A program made the position numbers and the translations under genes. Positions 25,459-33,644 of a stretch of DNA of 64,000 nucleotides are shown here, piece after piece (positions within the stretch are counted from its first letter, which is position 1; every line of letters starts with the position of its first letter). Source of the stretch: a virus; IMG/VR virus record IMGVR_UViG_3300009008_000005, positions 96,001 to 160,000 of that record. One strand, given 5' to 3'. Below the pieces are notes generated by a model. It saw only the letters and a program-made list of their open reading frames with translations, had not been told where the DNA came from and did no database searches.

Positions 25459-25823
25459 AGATCCAGTACCAGGTCGAGAAGGGAGCCGACAAGCTCGTGG
25501 CGTTCCTCGCCGGATGCGTCGGTCACGCCTTCGTGAACGGAGATACCAAGAACCAGTCCATCATGGCCATCATCGGAGAGCCGGGGAAGAAGTCCACGTC
25601 GATTCACGTGATCAACTCCCAGGGCGGCAACGGCCCCAAAGAGATCGTGTTCCGTGAGTTCGTGAAGGCCGACAAGGTGGGAGAGTGGAAGTTCATCCTC
25701 CAGCCCACGTCCGTCCGGATCGAATACGACGGCAAGGCCGATGCCTGTCCCTACTTCTCGAACGACATCCTGACCAACAGGTTCGTCCTCCAGAACGACC
25801 TGAAAATGGCCAGCAGCCAGTAG
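25455..25823 (+). CDS. tandem paralogue family member 1
   Basis: Start MKIQY, AAGGAG SD; see findings. Confidence 0.75.
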   Translation: MKIQYQVEKGADKLVAFLAGCVGHAFVNGDTKNQSIMAIIGEPGKKSTSIHVINSQGGNGPKEIVFREFVKADKVGEWKFILQPTSVRIEYDGKADACPYFSNDILTNRFVLQNDLKMASSQ

Positions 25824-25831
25824 GAGACAGC

Positions 25832-26257
25832 ATGTCTGACGGCGTCATAGCTGTATCCATTGAAATCCTAACGAAGGAGGGGGTGGAGAAATTCAAGAGG
25901 TGGCTGACCATCCGACTGGGCCTCATGCTCATGAATGGTGACATCAACACCTTCTCGGAAACCACCTCCTTCCTCTACCCTAGGAAGGAGAAACTGGTCA
26001 CGGAACCGGAAGAGTACATCACGGAGCTGCGCCTTATCCGGATGACGGACGATGTGCAGTCCTTCGAAATAAACTACTTCGCACGGCCCAAGGGGATCCG
26101 ACTGTTCGAATCCAAGTGGTGGTTCAACATCCTGACCAACAAGGCGTTCCTGGTCATGAACGGGCACCGGAGTAGCAACCACCTCTTCGCCAATGCGGAC
26201 CTCAAACCCTTCGGCGATAAGGTCTATGTACAAGGTCAACTGGAGGCACAAGCATGA
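25832..26257 (+). CDS. tandem paralogue family member 2
   Basis: Start MSDG, AGGAG SD. Confidence 0.75.
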   Translation: MSDGVIAVSIEILTKEGVEKFKRWLTIRLGLMLMNGDINTFSETTSFLYPRKEKLVTEPEEYITELRLIRMTDDVQSFEINYFARPKGIRLFESKWWFNILTNKAFLVMNGHRSSNHLFANADLKPFGDKVYVQGQLEAQA

Positions 26258-26727
26258 AAGACGTGAATCTCGAATATAGAATGCTCGTTCCGGAGACCCG
26301 GAAGACATTCCGGCGTTGGATCGCCGCACATCTGGGATCAGCCATCGTGGCTGGCGTCATGAGGACTCCGAAAGGGAGGTCCGCCCCGATCATTGACGTC
26401 ACGATCGGGGACTACAGCACGTACATCGAGCACCTCAAGGCGTCGAACGACAACGGGCTGGAGAAGATCTCCCTCTCCTTGCTGCACAAGACGGATGAGG
26501 TGAAGGCCGGGAGGCAGTCCCACTGGGATACCCTCTGCGACTGGATGATCCACCTCGGCGAGAAGGAGTGTTACGTCGTGTTCGAGGGCGACGAAACCTG
26601 CAACGCCAACTACCTCTTCACGAACGACGACCTCTCAGACCTCGCAGACGAGGTGTGGTCCGGTGGGGAGTGCATCACGTTCGGCATCGAGACCACCAAG
26701 GAAATCGATGCGGAGACCGTGGCATGA
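26254..26727 (+). CDS. tandem paralogue family member 3
   Basis: GGAGG SD; ATGA overlap. Confidence 0.8.
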   Translation: MKDVNLEYRMLVPETRKTFRRWIAAHLGSAIVAGVMRTPKGRSAPIIDVTIGDYSTYIEHLKASNDNGLEKISLSLLHKTDEVKAGRQSHWDTLCDWMIHLGEKECYVVFEGDETCNANYLFTNDDLSDLADEVWSGGECITFGIETTKEIDAETVA

Positions 26728-27131
26728 GCGCCCGGGTCGGGTTCAAGATCAAGAGCCGAGCTGCGGACTTCGGGGACTTCCTCATGAAGGTCATCGGCCA
26801 GTTCGTTCAGATCTGCTCCACCTGTGGAGTGGACCAGGACGGAAGTCCGCAGTTCACCTACTCCGAATCTGATGCAGATGGGATCCGGATGTTCATCCTC
26901 ACCAGGCTGGAGAAAACCCACTACGTGATGGGGCACTTCCACGTCGACAAGCTTTCCGGGGTGCTGCACGAACACTGTACGTGGTCCTTCATCAGGAAGG
27001 ACGGCGTGTGGCACGCTCTGTTCGAGGGTAACGGGAATGGGAGGACTCCGTTCTACCTCCAGTCCCACACCGAGAAGTGGGCGGATACCTTCGGCCCGAT
27101 CGAAGAGCCTCGTGATGTCCCTCCTGAGTAA
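26724..27131 (+). CDS. tandem paralogue family member 4
   Basis: Start MSARVG; ATGA overlap. Confidence 0.75.
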   Translation: MSARVGFKIKSRAADFGDFLMKVIGQFVQICSTCGVDQDGSPQFTYSESDADGIRMFILTRLEKTHYVMGHFHVDKLSGVLHEHCTWSFIRKDGVWHALFEGNGNGRTPFYLQSHTEKWADTFGPIEEPRDVPPE

Positions 27132-27357
27132 GACCGGGATCGGTAGGTCCAGCGTCTGCGAGAGGGGAAAGAGGTGCTCGGAATGCAAGGGTGATCTGGT
27201 CAAGTTCTACACCGGGGACTTCTATCTCGGAGACGAGGGGAAGCTCGTGTTCAAGATCTGCTGGAAGTGCCGCTGCGGTAGTGCCTACTACAGCGAGGAT
27301 GGAGGCAGAGACGCACCGCCCAGGCTGAAGAGAGCTGCGAAGCTCGTTCTGAAGTAA
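27115..27357 (+). CDS. zinc-ribbon small protein
   Basis: CSEC...CWKCRC. Confidence 0.65.
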   Translation: MSLLSKTGIGRSSVCERGKRCSECKGDLVKFYTGDFYLGDEGKLVFKICWKCRCGSAYYSEDGGRDAPPRLKRAAKLVLK

Positions 27358-27358
27358 G

Positions 27359-27388
27359 AAAGAGGGGAGGGGCTTCCCTCCTCTCTTA
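27359..27388. terminator. bidirectional terminator
   Basis: AGAGGGGAGGG-GCTT-CCCTCCTCTCTT. Confidence 0.7.
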
Positions 27389-27389
27389 C

Positions 27390-27662
27390 CTAGCCCTCTT
27401 CGATTACTTGTTCAATCTGGTTGATCACGACGTCGACTACCAGCCTGTCTATACTGGTCTGCTCGTCTGGCCCAGAATTCTTGTAGGCCTCTGAACATGA
27501 GGGGCACAGAACGGCCTTCGCCTCTCCGTATGGAGTAGCGATGTGCATCTCAAGGAACTCGACGACTGCAGGGTCCTTGTACTCTTCCCTGCAGACTGGA
27601 CACTCGTGAACACTGAGTGCCTGCCAAAGTCTCTTACTATCTTCATCGGGCATTGAAATCAC
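27390..27662 (-). CDS. Zn-finger small protein
   Basis: CPVC...CPSC. Confidence 0.7.
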   Translation of the reverse strand: MISMPDEDSKRLWQALSVHECPVCREEYKDPAVVEFLEMHIATPYGEAKAVLCPSCSEAYKNSGPDEQTSIDRLVVDVVINQIEQVIEEG

Positions 27663-27997
27663 AGTCCAGGTAGTTTCCCCACTCCTACAACAGGAGGCTT
27701 GATCCTGTCCAGGATATCTTTGATCTTGTCTATATGCCCCCCATCCATTATGTCGGGAAAGGCGCTAAGGAGGGAACTGTAGTCCTCATCAGCCTTCTGG
27801 AGAGCTTGCCGTGCCTTGCCTATCTCTCCATTGGACACATAGCTCATCGCATCCTCGATGTAACCGCTTATGTCGCTACTGCTGCCCTCGATCTGATCCG
27901 TGATCTCAGTAGCACAGTCCTCCAGATAATCCTCTAGGTCACTGCTGAGGTCCTCGATGAGGTCCAGCTCCGAGTCCAGGCTTATGTTATCGTCCAT
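27659..27997 (-). CDS. acidic coiled-coil protein
   Basis: GGAGGT SD; very Asp/Glu-rich. Confidence 0.75.
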   Translation of the reverse strand: MDDNISLDSELDLIEDLSSDLEDYLEDCATEITDQIEGSSSDISGYIEDAMSYVSNGEIGKARQALQKADEDYSSLLSAFPDIMDGGHIDKIKDILDRIKPPVVGVGKLPGL

Positions 27998-28018
27998 AAT
28001 AAACCTCCATAGAACATC

Positions 28019-28321
28019 CTAGGGCCTGGGGTTGCGTGCCGCAAGTCTCTGCAACCTTGTGCCCTTGCTGAAAACCGTGTCCCCTTCTTTAGGGATGGGC
28101 CAGTCTATGTTGAAAGTAACGTCGGGTGTGACGCATACCGGGTAGCTGTTTGAACCTCGCTCCCCTAGACAGGTGACCTTTGCGTGCGTGATGTAAGGAG
28201 TAAATTCAAACTCGATATCTGCAAGCTGTTGGTCGGTGGCCCGGTCCAACACTGTCAGCTGGATGCCGCCACCCACCCCATTCATGGTGAGGTGGAGGAC
28301 GACACCCTCAGACTTATACAC
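28019..28321 (-). CDS. hypothetical protein ending GTRLQRLAARNPRP
   Basis: Operon packing. Confidence 0.7.
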   Translation of the reverse strand: MYKSEGVVLHLTMNGVGGGIQLTVLDRATDQQLADIEFEFTPYITHAKVTCLGERGSNSYPVCVTPDVTFNIDWPIPKEGDTVFSKGTRLQRLAARNPRP

Positions 28322-29648
28322 GTACGGACTTCTCGGAGACGTGGGCGATCTGGACCAGGAGATCCATGTAGGCCTCCTGCGAAAGCTCAGATGCGTACTT
28401 CTTGGAGTAGTCCACGAGCCAGGCAGAGACCTCCTGCCTGGAGAGCGTCCCGTTGGGGGAGGCGGGTGCAGGTTCGGCGGGAGCCTCGGGCTTCTTGGTG
28501 GCCAGGAGAGACGGCTGTACCGCCTCCACCTTGACAGGCTTACGGGTGGCCGGCTTCTCCTCCAAGGTCATGAGAGCATTCGGCCTACGCTTGGACCAGC
28601 GGCGGATCGTGCAGAACTTGGCGGGCTTCTTCGTGAGGCGAGTCGTGAACTCCATGGCCCAAGTGGGGAGCTTCTCGTACCACCCCTCAGGATCTATGAC
28701 ACCATTGACCTCATCGATCAGTGCACCACACCCACTGCAGTGAGTATACGAGCGGCCCCGACCAGAAGTTGCACTGCGCTCGCTCTTGTACCCACAGGGG
28801 CAGTCGATGGTGGTTCCCTTACGGGTCTTCGTGATCTTGGCCTTCTTCCCCTCCAAAGAGAGCAGGAGCTTATGGTGATCCTCAATCTCTTTCTTGCTGT
28901 GGTCATAACGGAACGGGCGCTTACGCAGACGACCGAAGTACTTCGCCAGCATGACGTCGTACCAGAGGCGTCCGGTCTTCGCATCTTTGGCTGCACCCAG
29001 GTACAACGTGAAGTTGTCGGTGCTAAGTCCGAGATCGTCCAGGTGGGTGATGATGATGTGAACGGCGTACTCTCCACGCTCGTTGGGTGCCCTGTTGACT
29101 CCCTTGTACCCATGATACTTCTTCTGGCCCGCAACATCGGGGATGGGGGTGGATACTTCGGTCTTAGGCTCCGGAGAAGCCTTGGCCTCAGCCAGAGTGG
29201 ACTTGAAAACCTTGGGGTTGAATATCGCCATCAGCTCCTCTTCAGGCTTGGCACTGCCGTCGTAGTAGACCCTTCGTCCACAACCTTCGCATCGCCAGTA
29301 GTTGAACACAGTCCCCTTCCTAGGGGCGTGGAAAGTGCACCCGCACTCGCAGGTGACATCGTGAGTACCGTCAAGCCGACCCTTAATCGACGCAGTCCCT
29401 TCTTCCGGGAGCATCATGGCCCACACGGACTTCTCGACTTCATCCTGTGGATGGTTAGTGTCGTACCTCCCGAGCAGTAGCGCAGCACGGTCCCAAGCCA
29501 TGGCGGCGTTGGGAGCAGTAAGGAAACCACCGAGCGTGATATTGCCCGGCCTGTGAGGGGCACCGATATATGCCCTCCACTTTTTAGATGAGGAATCAAA
29601 CGTAATACCGTGAAATTCCGGGAACTCTTGCCGCTTCACTTCACCCAT
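28314..29648 (-). CDS. protein with two AP2-like DNA-binding domains each followed by a Zn ribbon
   Basis: FHGITFDSSSKKWRAYIG...TLGGF.TA..AA.AWDRAA and YKGV...YLGAAKDAKTGRLWYD; two CxC...CxxC units. Confidence 0.75.
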   Translation of the reverse strand: MGEVKRQEFPEFHGITFDSSSKKWRAYIGAPHRPGNITLGGFLTAPNAAMAWDRAALLLGRYDTNHPQDEVEKSVWAMMLPEEGTASIKGRLDGTHDVTCECGCTFHAPRKGTVFNYWRCEGCGRRVYYDGSAKPEEELMAIFNPKVFKSTLAEAKASPEPKTEVSTPIPDVAGQKKYHGYKGVNRAPNERGEYAVHIIITHLDDLGLSTDNFTLYLGAAKDAKTGRLWYDVMLAKYFGRLRKRPFRYDHSKKEIEDHHKLLLSLEGKKAKITKTRKGTTIDCPCGYKSERSATSGRGRSYTHCSGCGALIDEVNGVIDPEGWYEKLPTWAMEFTTRLTKKPAKFCTIRRWSKRRPNALMTLEEKPATRKPVKVEAVQPSLLATKKPEAPAEPAPASPNGTLSRQEVSAWLVDYSKKYASELSQEAYMDLLVQIAHVSEKSVRV

Positions 29649-29875
29649 CGCATACCTCCCTGGTTGTAGCTCTTTCGGCTGGGACTCTTATAACATTATA
29701 AAAGTCCATTTTAGGTAACTCCCCTAACGGGGTAGCACTATAAGCTCTATTTTTTCCTTGGGTGGTCAATCGGAATCTCGTCATGCTTACTTTGTAGATC
29801 GCCAGGTTTGCTGAGTCAAGTAAAAAATTTGAGGCATAAGACAAGTGCGGGTAGAATAGACGCTCGGAGGTGCAC

Positions 29876-30145
29876 ATGGATCCGTACGTAAAGCACATTG
29901 TTTTCGAGGCGTTAGCTCTAGGATTCGCATCGGTTGGGAGCCGTGTGAAAAATCTTGAGGAGCGCCTGAATAAGCGTCTTATACTAAAAAACGAGCGTAT
30001 CGTGCGTCAAAGTCTACGTACTCACCTGGAGGATAGTACGTTGGTTGGAAAGATCTTCATCCTCGCATCCACGACGTGTGAGTCACTGCTCCTATTGTCC
30101 CGCAGATGTTCTAAAGTTGCAGACGCAGCCGCAGAACGGATATAG
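29876..30145 (+). CDS. hypothetical protein
   Basis: GGAGGT SD; ATAAG 40 nt upstream. Confidence 0.7.
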   Translation: MDPYVKHIVFEALALGFASVGSRVKNLEERLNKRLILKNERIVRQSLRTHLEDSTLVGKIFILASTTCESLLLLSRRCSKVADAAAERI

Positions 30146-30175
30146 TCCTGAGCCGTTACACCCAAGGAGGTTAGT

Positions 30176-31027
30176 ATGGCCTACGTACTACTGCTCGCCC
30201 TAGCACTGGGGGAATTCGGGTCCCCACACAATGATCCCGTTGAACTTGCGAGGCACTTCGTAGAGGCAGGCGAGGTCTCCGGTGAAAATCCGTTCCTCCT
30301 CGCAGCGGTAGCCATCTATGAATCCAGGCTAGACAATGATGAGGTCAGCAAGAAGAACGCATGTTGCATGATGCAGGTTCTGGGAGGGCGGTACGGAAAT
30401 CCCTCTTGCAGTGCGATGCAGAATGATCTGTCCCTGTGTGTCCACATTGGGGCGAGAGAACTTTCCGAGTGGAGAGCCTATAGAGGCGCTGAGACCGACG
30501 AGAACACCTTATGCCACTACAACTGTGGGTGTGTGTGCTCCAGTAATTCCCGTAAGATGTATGTCAGCGGAGTACTATGGTGGAGGGACTTCCTGTATGC
30601 AGTGGCCACGCACACCCCGAAGTCTAGAATAACGTGCACGATCCGTATCCAAGAGAAGGAAGGCGTACTAGAAGCTACGGACTCTGCGTATATCTGGAAC
30701 GAAGCTATAGCCGGACATGACCGGCCTAAAATTCGGAACTATGAGGAGCACGTGAAGAAAGACTTGAAGCTCAGGCTCAAGTATCGTACATGTAACTTGA
30801 AGCATGTCGGAGCCTGGAATGGGAAGAGATACTTGCACGAGCGCTCTCCGGCCTTCGCATGCCTCACATCTTCAAGGACCTATGCGTGTGAGGAGGAGGT
30901 CTACTATGCAAGCCATGACCAGGCGGTGCAGGTTGCGCAGGAGACCCTTGAGTGGCGTAGAGAAGCGCTACAGAGAATATGGGCTGGAACATTCCTCACA
31001 TTCCTGGGACTTACAACACAGGGGTAA
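30176..31027 (+). CDS. lytic transglycosylase (SLT-like) domain with signal peptide plus C-terminal unknown domain
   Basis: LLAAVAIYES (catalytic Glu), CMMQV ~ GLMQ, HYNCG ~ AYNxG. Confidence 0.75.
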   Translation: MAYVLLLALALGEFGSPHNDPVELARHFVEAGEVSGENPFLLAAVAIYESRLDNDEVSKKNACCMMQVLGGRYGNPSCSAMQNDLSLCVHIGARELSEWRAYRGAETDENTLCHYNCGCVCSSNSRKMYVSGVLWWRDFLYAVATHTPKSRITCTIRIQEKEGVLEATDSAYIWNEAIAGHDRPKIRNYEEHVKKDLKLRLKYRTCNLKHVGAWNGKRYLHERSPAFACLTSSRTYACEEEVYYASHDQAVQVAQETLEWRREALQRIWAGTFLTFLGLTTQG

Positions 31028-31030
31028 GCC

Positions 31031-31666
31031 ATGGCTAGTGCGGGCCTGAAACAACTACTCGGGCCCTCTGGCGAGGCGGACTTCATAGTCCTCGTCCAGG
31101 AGCCACTGATCGTGTCCAACGGACAGTGGATACTCACAGACAAGGCCGCTAAGAAGACACTCCCCAAGATGACAGAGCTTTGGCGGAAGAATGTCTTGAA
31201 GACCGCCGAGCAGGGTCAGATATCACTTGTAGACCTGAACCCTGTGGTCGTCGGCCAGTTCGCTACGGAGGTGGCTAAGGGGAAGCGACCCTGCATCTAT
31301 TGCAAGGGAGCTAACCTATTCACGGCCACCTTTGACCCAGGGGAGCAACAGGTCACTCTAGCCTATAGGTCCTTCCTGGAATTCGAACGGACCAGCATCC
31401 TACTACGTAGACCTCTTCACCACTCCACAGGTGCCTACCTGACTAAGGATGGTGAGCCCATGGCCTACTCCTGGTCATTCATGCATCCCACCTCACACAC
31501 AATCTGGATCTGGGCACCCTACGTCTCACTGATGGCACGAGTCGGAGCGGTCGCCTTTGAGTACAACCCTGAGAATAAAAGGGTTGTGATCATGAAAAAC
31601 AAGTACGACCACACCGTGGGCATGGTCGGCCTCTACGACCTCGATCCAGACAAAGAAAGCCTCTAG
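31031..31666 (+). CDS. hypothetical protein
   Basis: 211-aa ORF 3 nt after the upstream stop. Confidence 0.75.
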   Translation: MASAGLKQLLGPSGEADFIVLVQEPLIVSNGQWILTDKAAKKTLPKMTELWRKNVLKTAEQGQISLVDLNPVVVGQFATEVAKGKRPCIYCKGANLFTATFDPGEQQVTLAYRSFLEFERTSILLRRPLHHSTGAYLTKDGEPMAYSWSFMHPTSHTIWIWAPYVSLMARVGAVAFEYNPENKRVVIMKNKYDHTVGMVGLYDLDPDKESL

Positions 31667-31691
31667 TACAAATCCAAGTACTTTTCTCGTT

Positions 31692-31700
31692 ATAAGAAGA
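31692..31700 (+). promoter_or_regulatory. ATAAG-class promoter motif upstream of the Ubl gene
   Basis: TATAAGAAGA. Confidence 0.5.
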
Positions 31701-31773
31701 TTGAATCCTGGGCCACTAGTTGGTGGTCCGTGTGCACGGATTTGCCATAACTATCCTCTCAAGGAGGGAACAT

Positions 31774-31986
31774 ATGATCTGCAAGGTCATGCGTATCGGC
31801 AGCGGGACCCGTGAGGTCGAGATCCCGGACGGCTCGGCCGTCCGCAACGCCCTGACGGCGGCTCAGTTCGAGACCCGAGGCGCCTCCGTCTCCGTGAATG
31901 GCATCGAGGCCACCATGGACACGGCACTGCAGGACGGCGACACCGTCAGTCTCGTGGCGAAGGTCGAGGGCGGCACCTCCGTCTAG
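31774..31986 (+). CDS. ubiquitin-like beta-grasp protein (ThiS/MoaD/Ub fold) with GG + TSV extension
   Basis: 70 aa: VEIPDGSAVRNAL...SVSVNG...DTALQDGDTVSLVAKVEGG-TSV; AAGGAGG SD. Confidence 0.85.
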   Translation: MICKVMRIGSGTREVEIPDGSAVRNALTAAQFETRGASVSVNGIEATMDTALQDGDTVSLVAKVEGGTSV

Positions 31987-32024
31987 GGGGACCATACTCG
32001 TCTCGCTCCGATGAAGGAACATGT

Positions 32025-32052
32025 GGGGGAGGGGGGTTCGCCTCCCTCCCCC
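32025..32052 (+). terminator. stem-loop after the Ubl gene
   Basis: GGGGGAGGGGGG-TTCG-CCTCCCTCCCCC; weak U-tract. Confidence 0.55.
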
Positions 32053-32129
32053 TAAGTTTCTCCCTAAAAGTATACCCATAAGTGGGATTATCTATATGTG
32101 TCTTGGGATGGATGGACAAGGAGGCAAGA

Positions 32130-33644
32130 ATGCCAGCAGGAGTTCAAGCAACCCGCCTACACGCCGACATGGTGTCGGTCTTGGGGGAACTCTCCTCTGA
32201 GATGAATGTAGGCATCCGAGCGGAGACGGTGAATCTCTCTCGGTTCTTCTCGCAATTCCCCGGAACGGAGGGCGACAGCGTCAGGCTGTTCTTCCACAAC
32301 GGGGAGCGTGGAACGCAGCAGGAGTTCAGCTTCGTCGTGGACGGAACTGAGTGCAAGGTCAAATTCGCCATGGCCCAGCACAATCCGAACCTCTTCGAGG
32401 AAGGGGTCGAAACCCAGCTGCGGATCCCTGTCGGTGGCGGCGAATCCACAGACCTGATCGGTGTCTACGGAGGGACACAGATCATGTTCGGTGCAGACCT
32501 CAACAACCTCTTCACACACCCGGAATACATCGAGGGAGATGTGACGGCCAAGGACTTGGCCAAGCACATCCTGAAGAGTGCCCTCTCCGGAATCATGGAC
32601 AGCATCGAGAACCGTGGGCGGGAGGAGTTCGCAGACACCCTCATGACCATGTACAGGGCGAGCGTGGCCCTGTGGCGGGAGACCATCACGAACAACGACG
32701 CCTCGATCGACAACCACCTGCGCCAGCTGAGCGAGCTGTACACTCGCAACCAGGCCACTCGGGCGCAGATCAACGCCTTCGACGGCACCATGCAGACCGC
32801 ACGGGACAAGGCGAAGGAGGAGTACGAGAAGCTCGTCCGACTGGTTGGAACCTCCTTGGAGGAAGTCCAGGTCGTCAACCGGCGTCTGCAGCTCCGTACG
32901 TCGGAAATGCACATCGAGTACGACGGGATCGATTACAACATCGGCCGAATCGTGATCGACACCCCCATCCTCGGCAACTCTGGCGAGGTGACAATGTTCA
33001 GCTACGACGGCAGGGACCAGAACGGATGCGCCCACCCGCACGTCAGCGGTGGTCGGGTCTGCTGGGGAAACGTGGGAGGCACGATCACGGAAGCGCTCTC
33101 CACAGGGGAAGTGCTCCAGGCTGTGTTGGCCATGCTCGCCTACCTCCAGTCGTACAACTCCGAGGATGCCTACACGGACATCCAGAACTGGGGCGATGCC
33201 TACGACCGTAACCAGGCCTGTCGTGAAGACCACAGCACGGATGAGTGCGCTCGCTGCGACAGTGAGGAGTGCCCATATCGGGAGGAGAGCCGACAGGAGT
33301 GCTTCGACGACCACACCCGTGACGAGTGTATCCGCTGCAACTCCTGTCCCCTCGCAAATGAAGCGGCAGAGAACTGCCTACGTGAACTGCTCTCGACCAA
33401 CACTCTCGGTAGGTGCATGGAAACTTGCACCGTCAACACGTGCAGATTCTTCCGGAACCCTGTTCGCTGCAGAAACGTCATCGGATCCTGTCCGACTGCT
33501 TGCACTGCTGACACCTCGTGCTATCGACACCCGTCGTATTCTTCGGGTGACCCCGGCGGTGGTGGAAGTTCAGAGATCTCTGTGAGCCGCAACATGAGCA
33601 TCACCGGAAGCGGTGACCAGTTCGACATCGTGAGGAGGGCCTAA
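32130..33644 (+). CDS. coiled-coil + E2/UBC-fold conjugating-enzyme-like domain + Cys-rich tail
   Basis: HPHVSGGRVCWG matches the E2 HPN-x(n)-C active-site signature; AAGGAGG SD. Confidence 0.75.
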   Translation: MPAGVQATRLHADMVSVLGELSSEMNVGIRAETVNLSRFFSQFPGTEGDSVRLFFHNGERGTQQEFSFVVDGTECKVKFAMAQHNPNLFEEGVETQLRIPVGGGESTDLIGVYGGTQIMFGADLNNLFTHPEYIEGDVTAKDLAKHILKSALSGIMDSIENRGREEFADTLMTMYRASVALWRETITNNDASIDNHLRQLSELYTRNQATRAQINAFDGTMQTARDKAKEEYEKLVRLVGTSLEEVQVVNRRLQLRTSEMHIEYDGIDYNIGRIVIDTPILGNSGEVTMFSYDGRDQNGCAHPHVSGGRVCWGNVGGTITEALSTGEVLQAVLAMLAYLQSYNSEDAYTDIQNWGDAYDRNQACREDHSTDECARCDSEECPYREESRQECFDDHTRDECIRCNSCPLANEAAENCLRELLSTNTLGRCMETCTVNTCRFFRNPVRCRNVIGSCPTACTADTSCYRHPSYSSGDPGGGGSSEISVSRNMSITGSGDQFDIVRRA

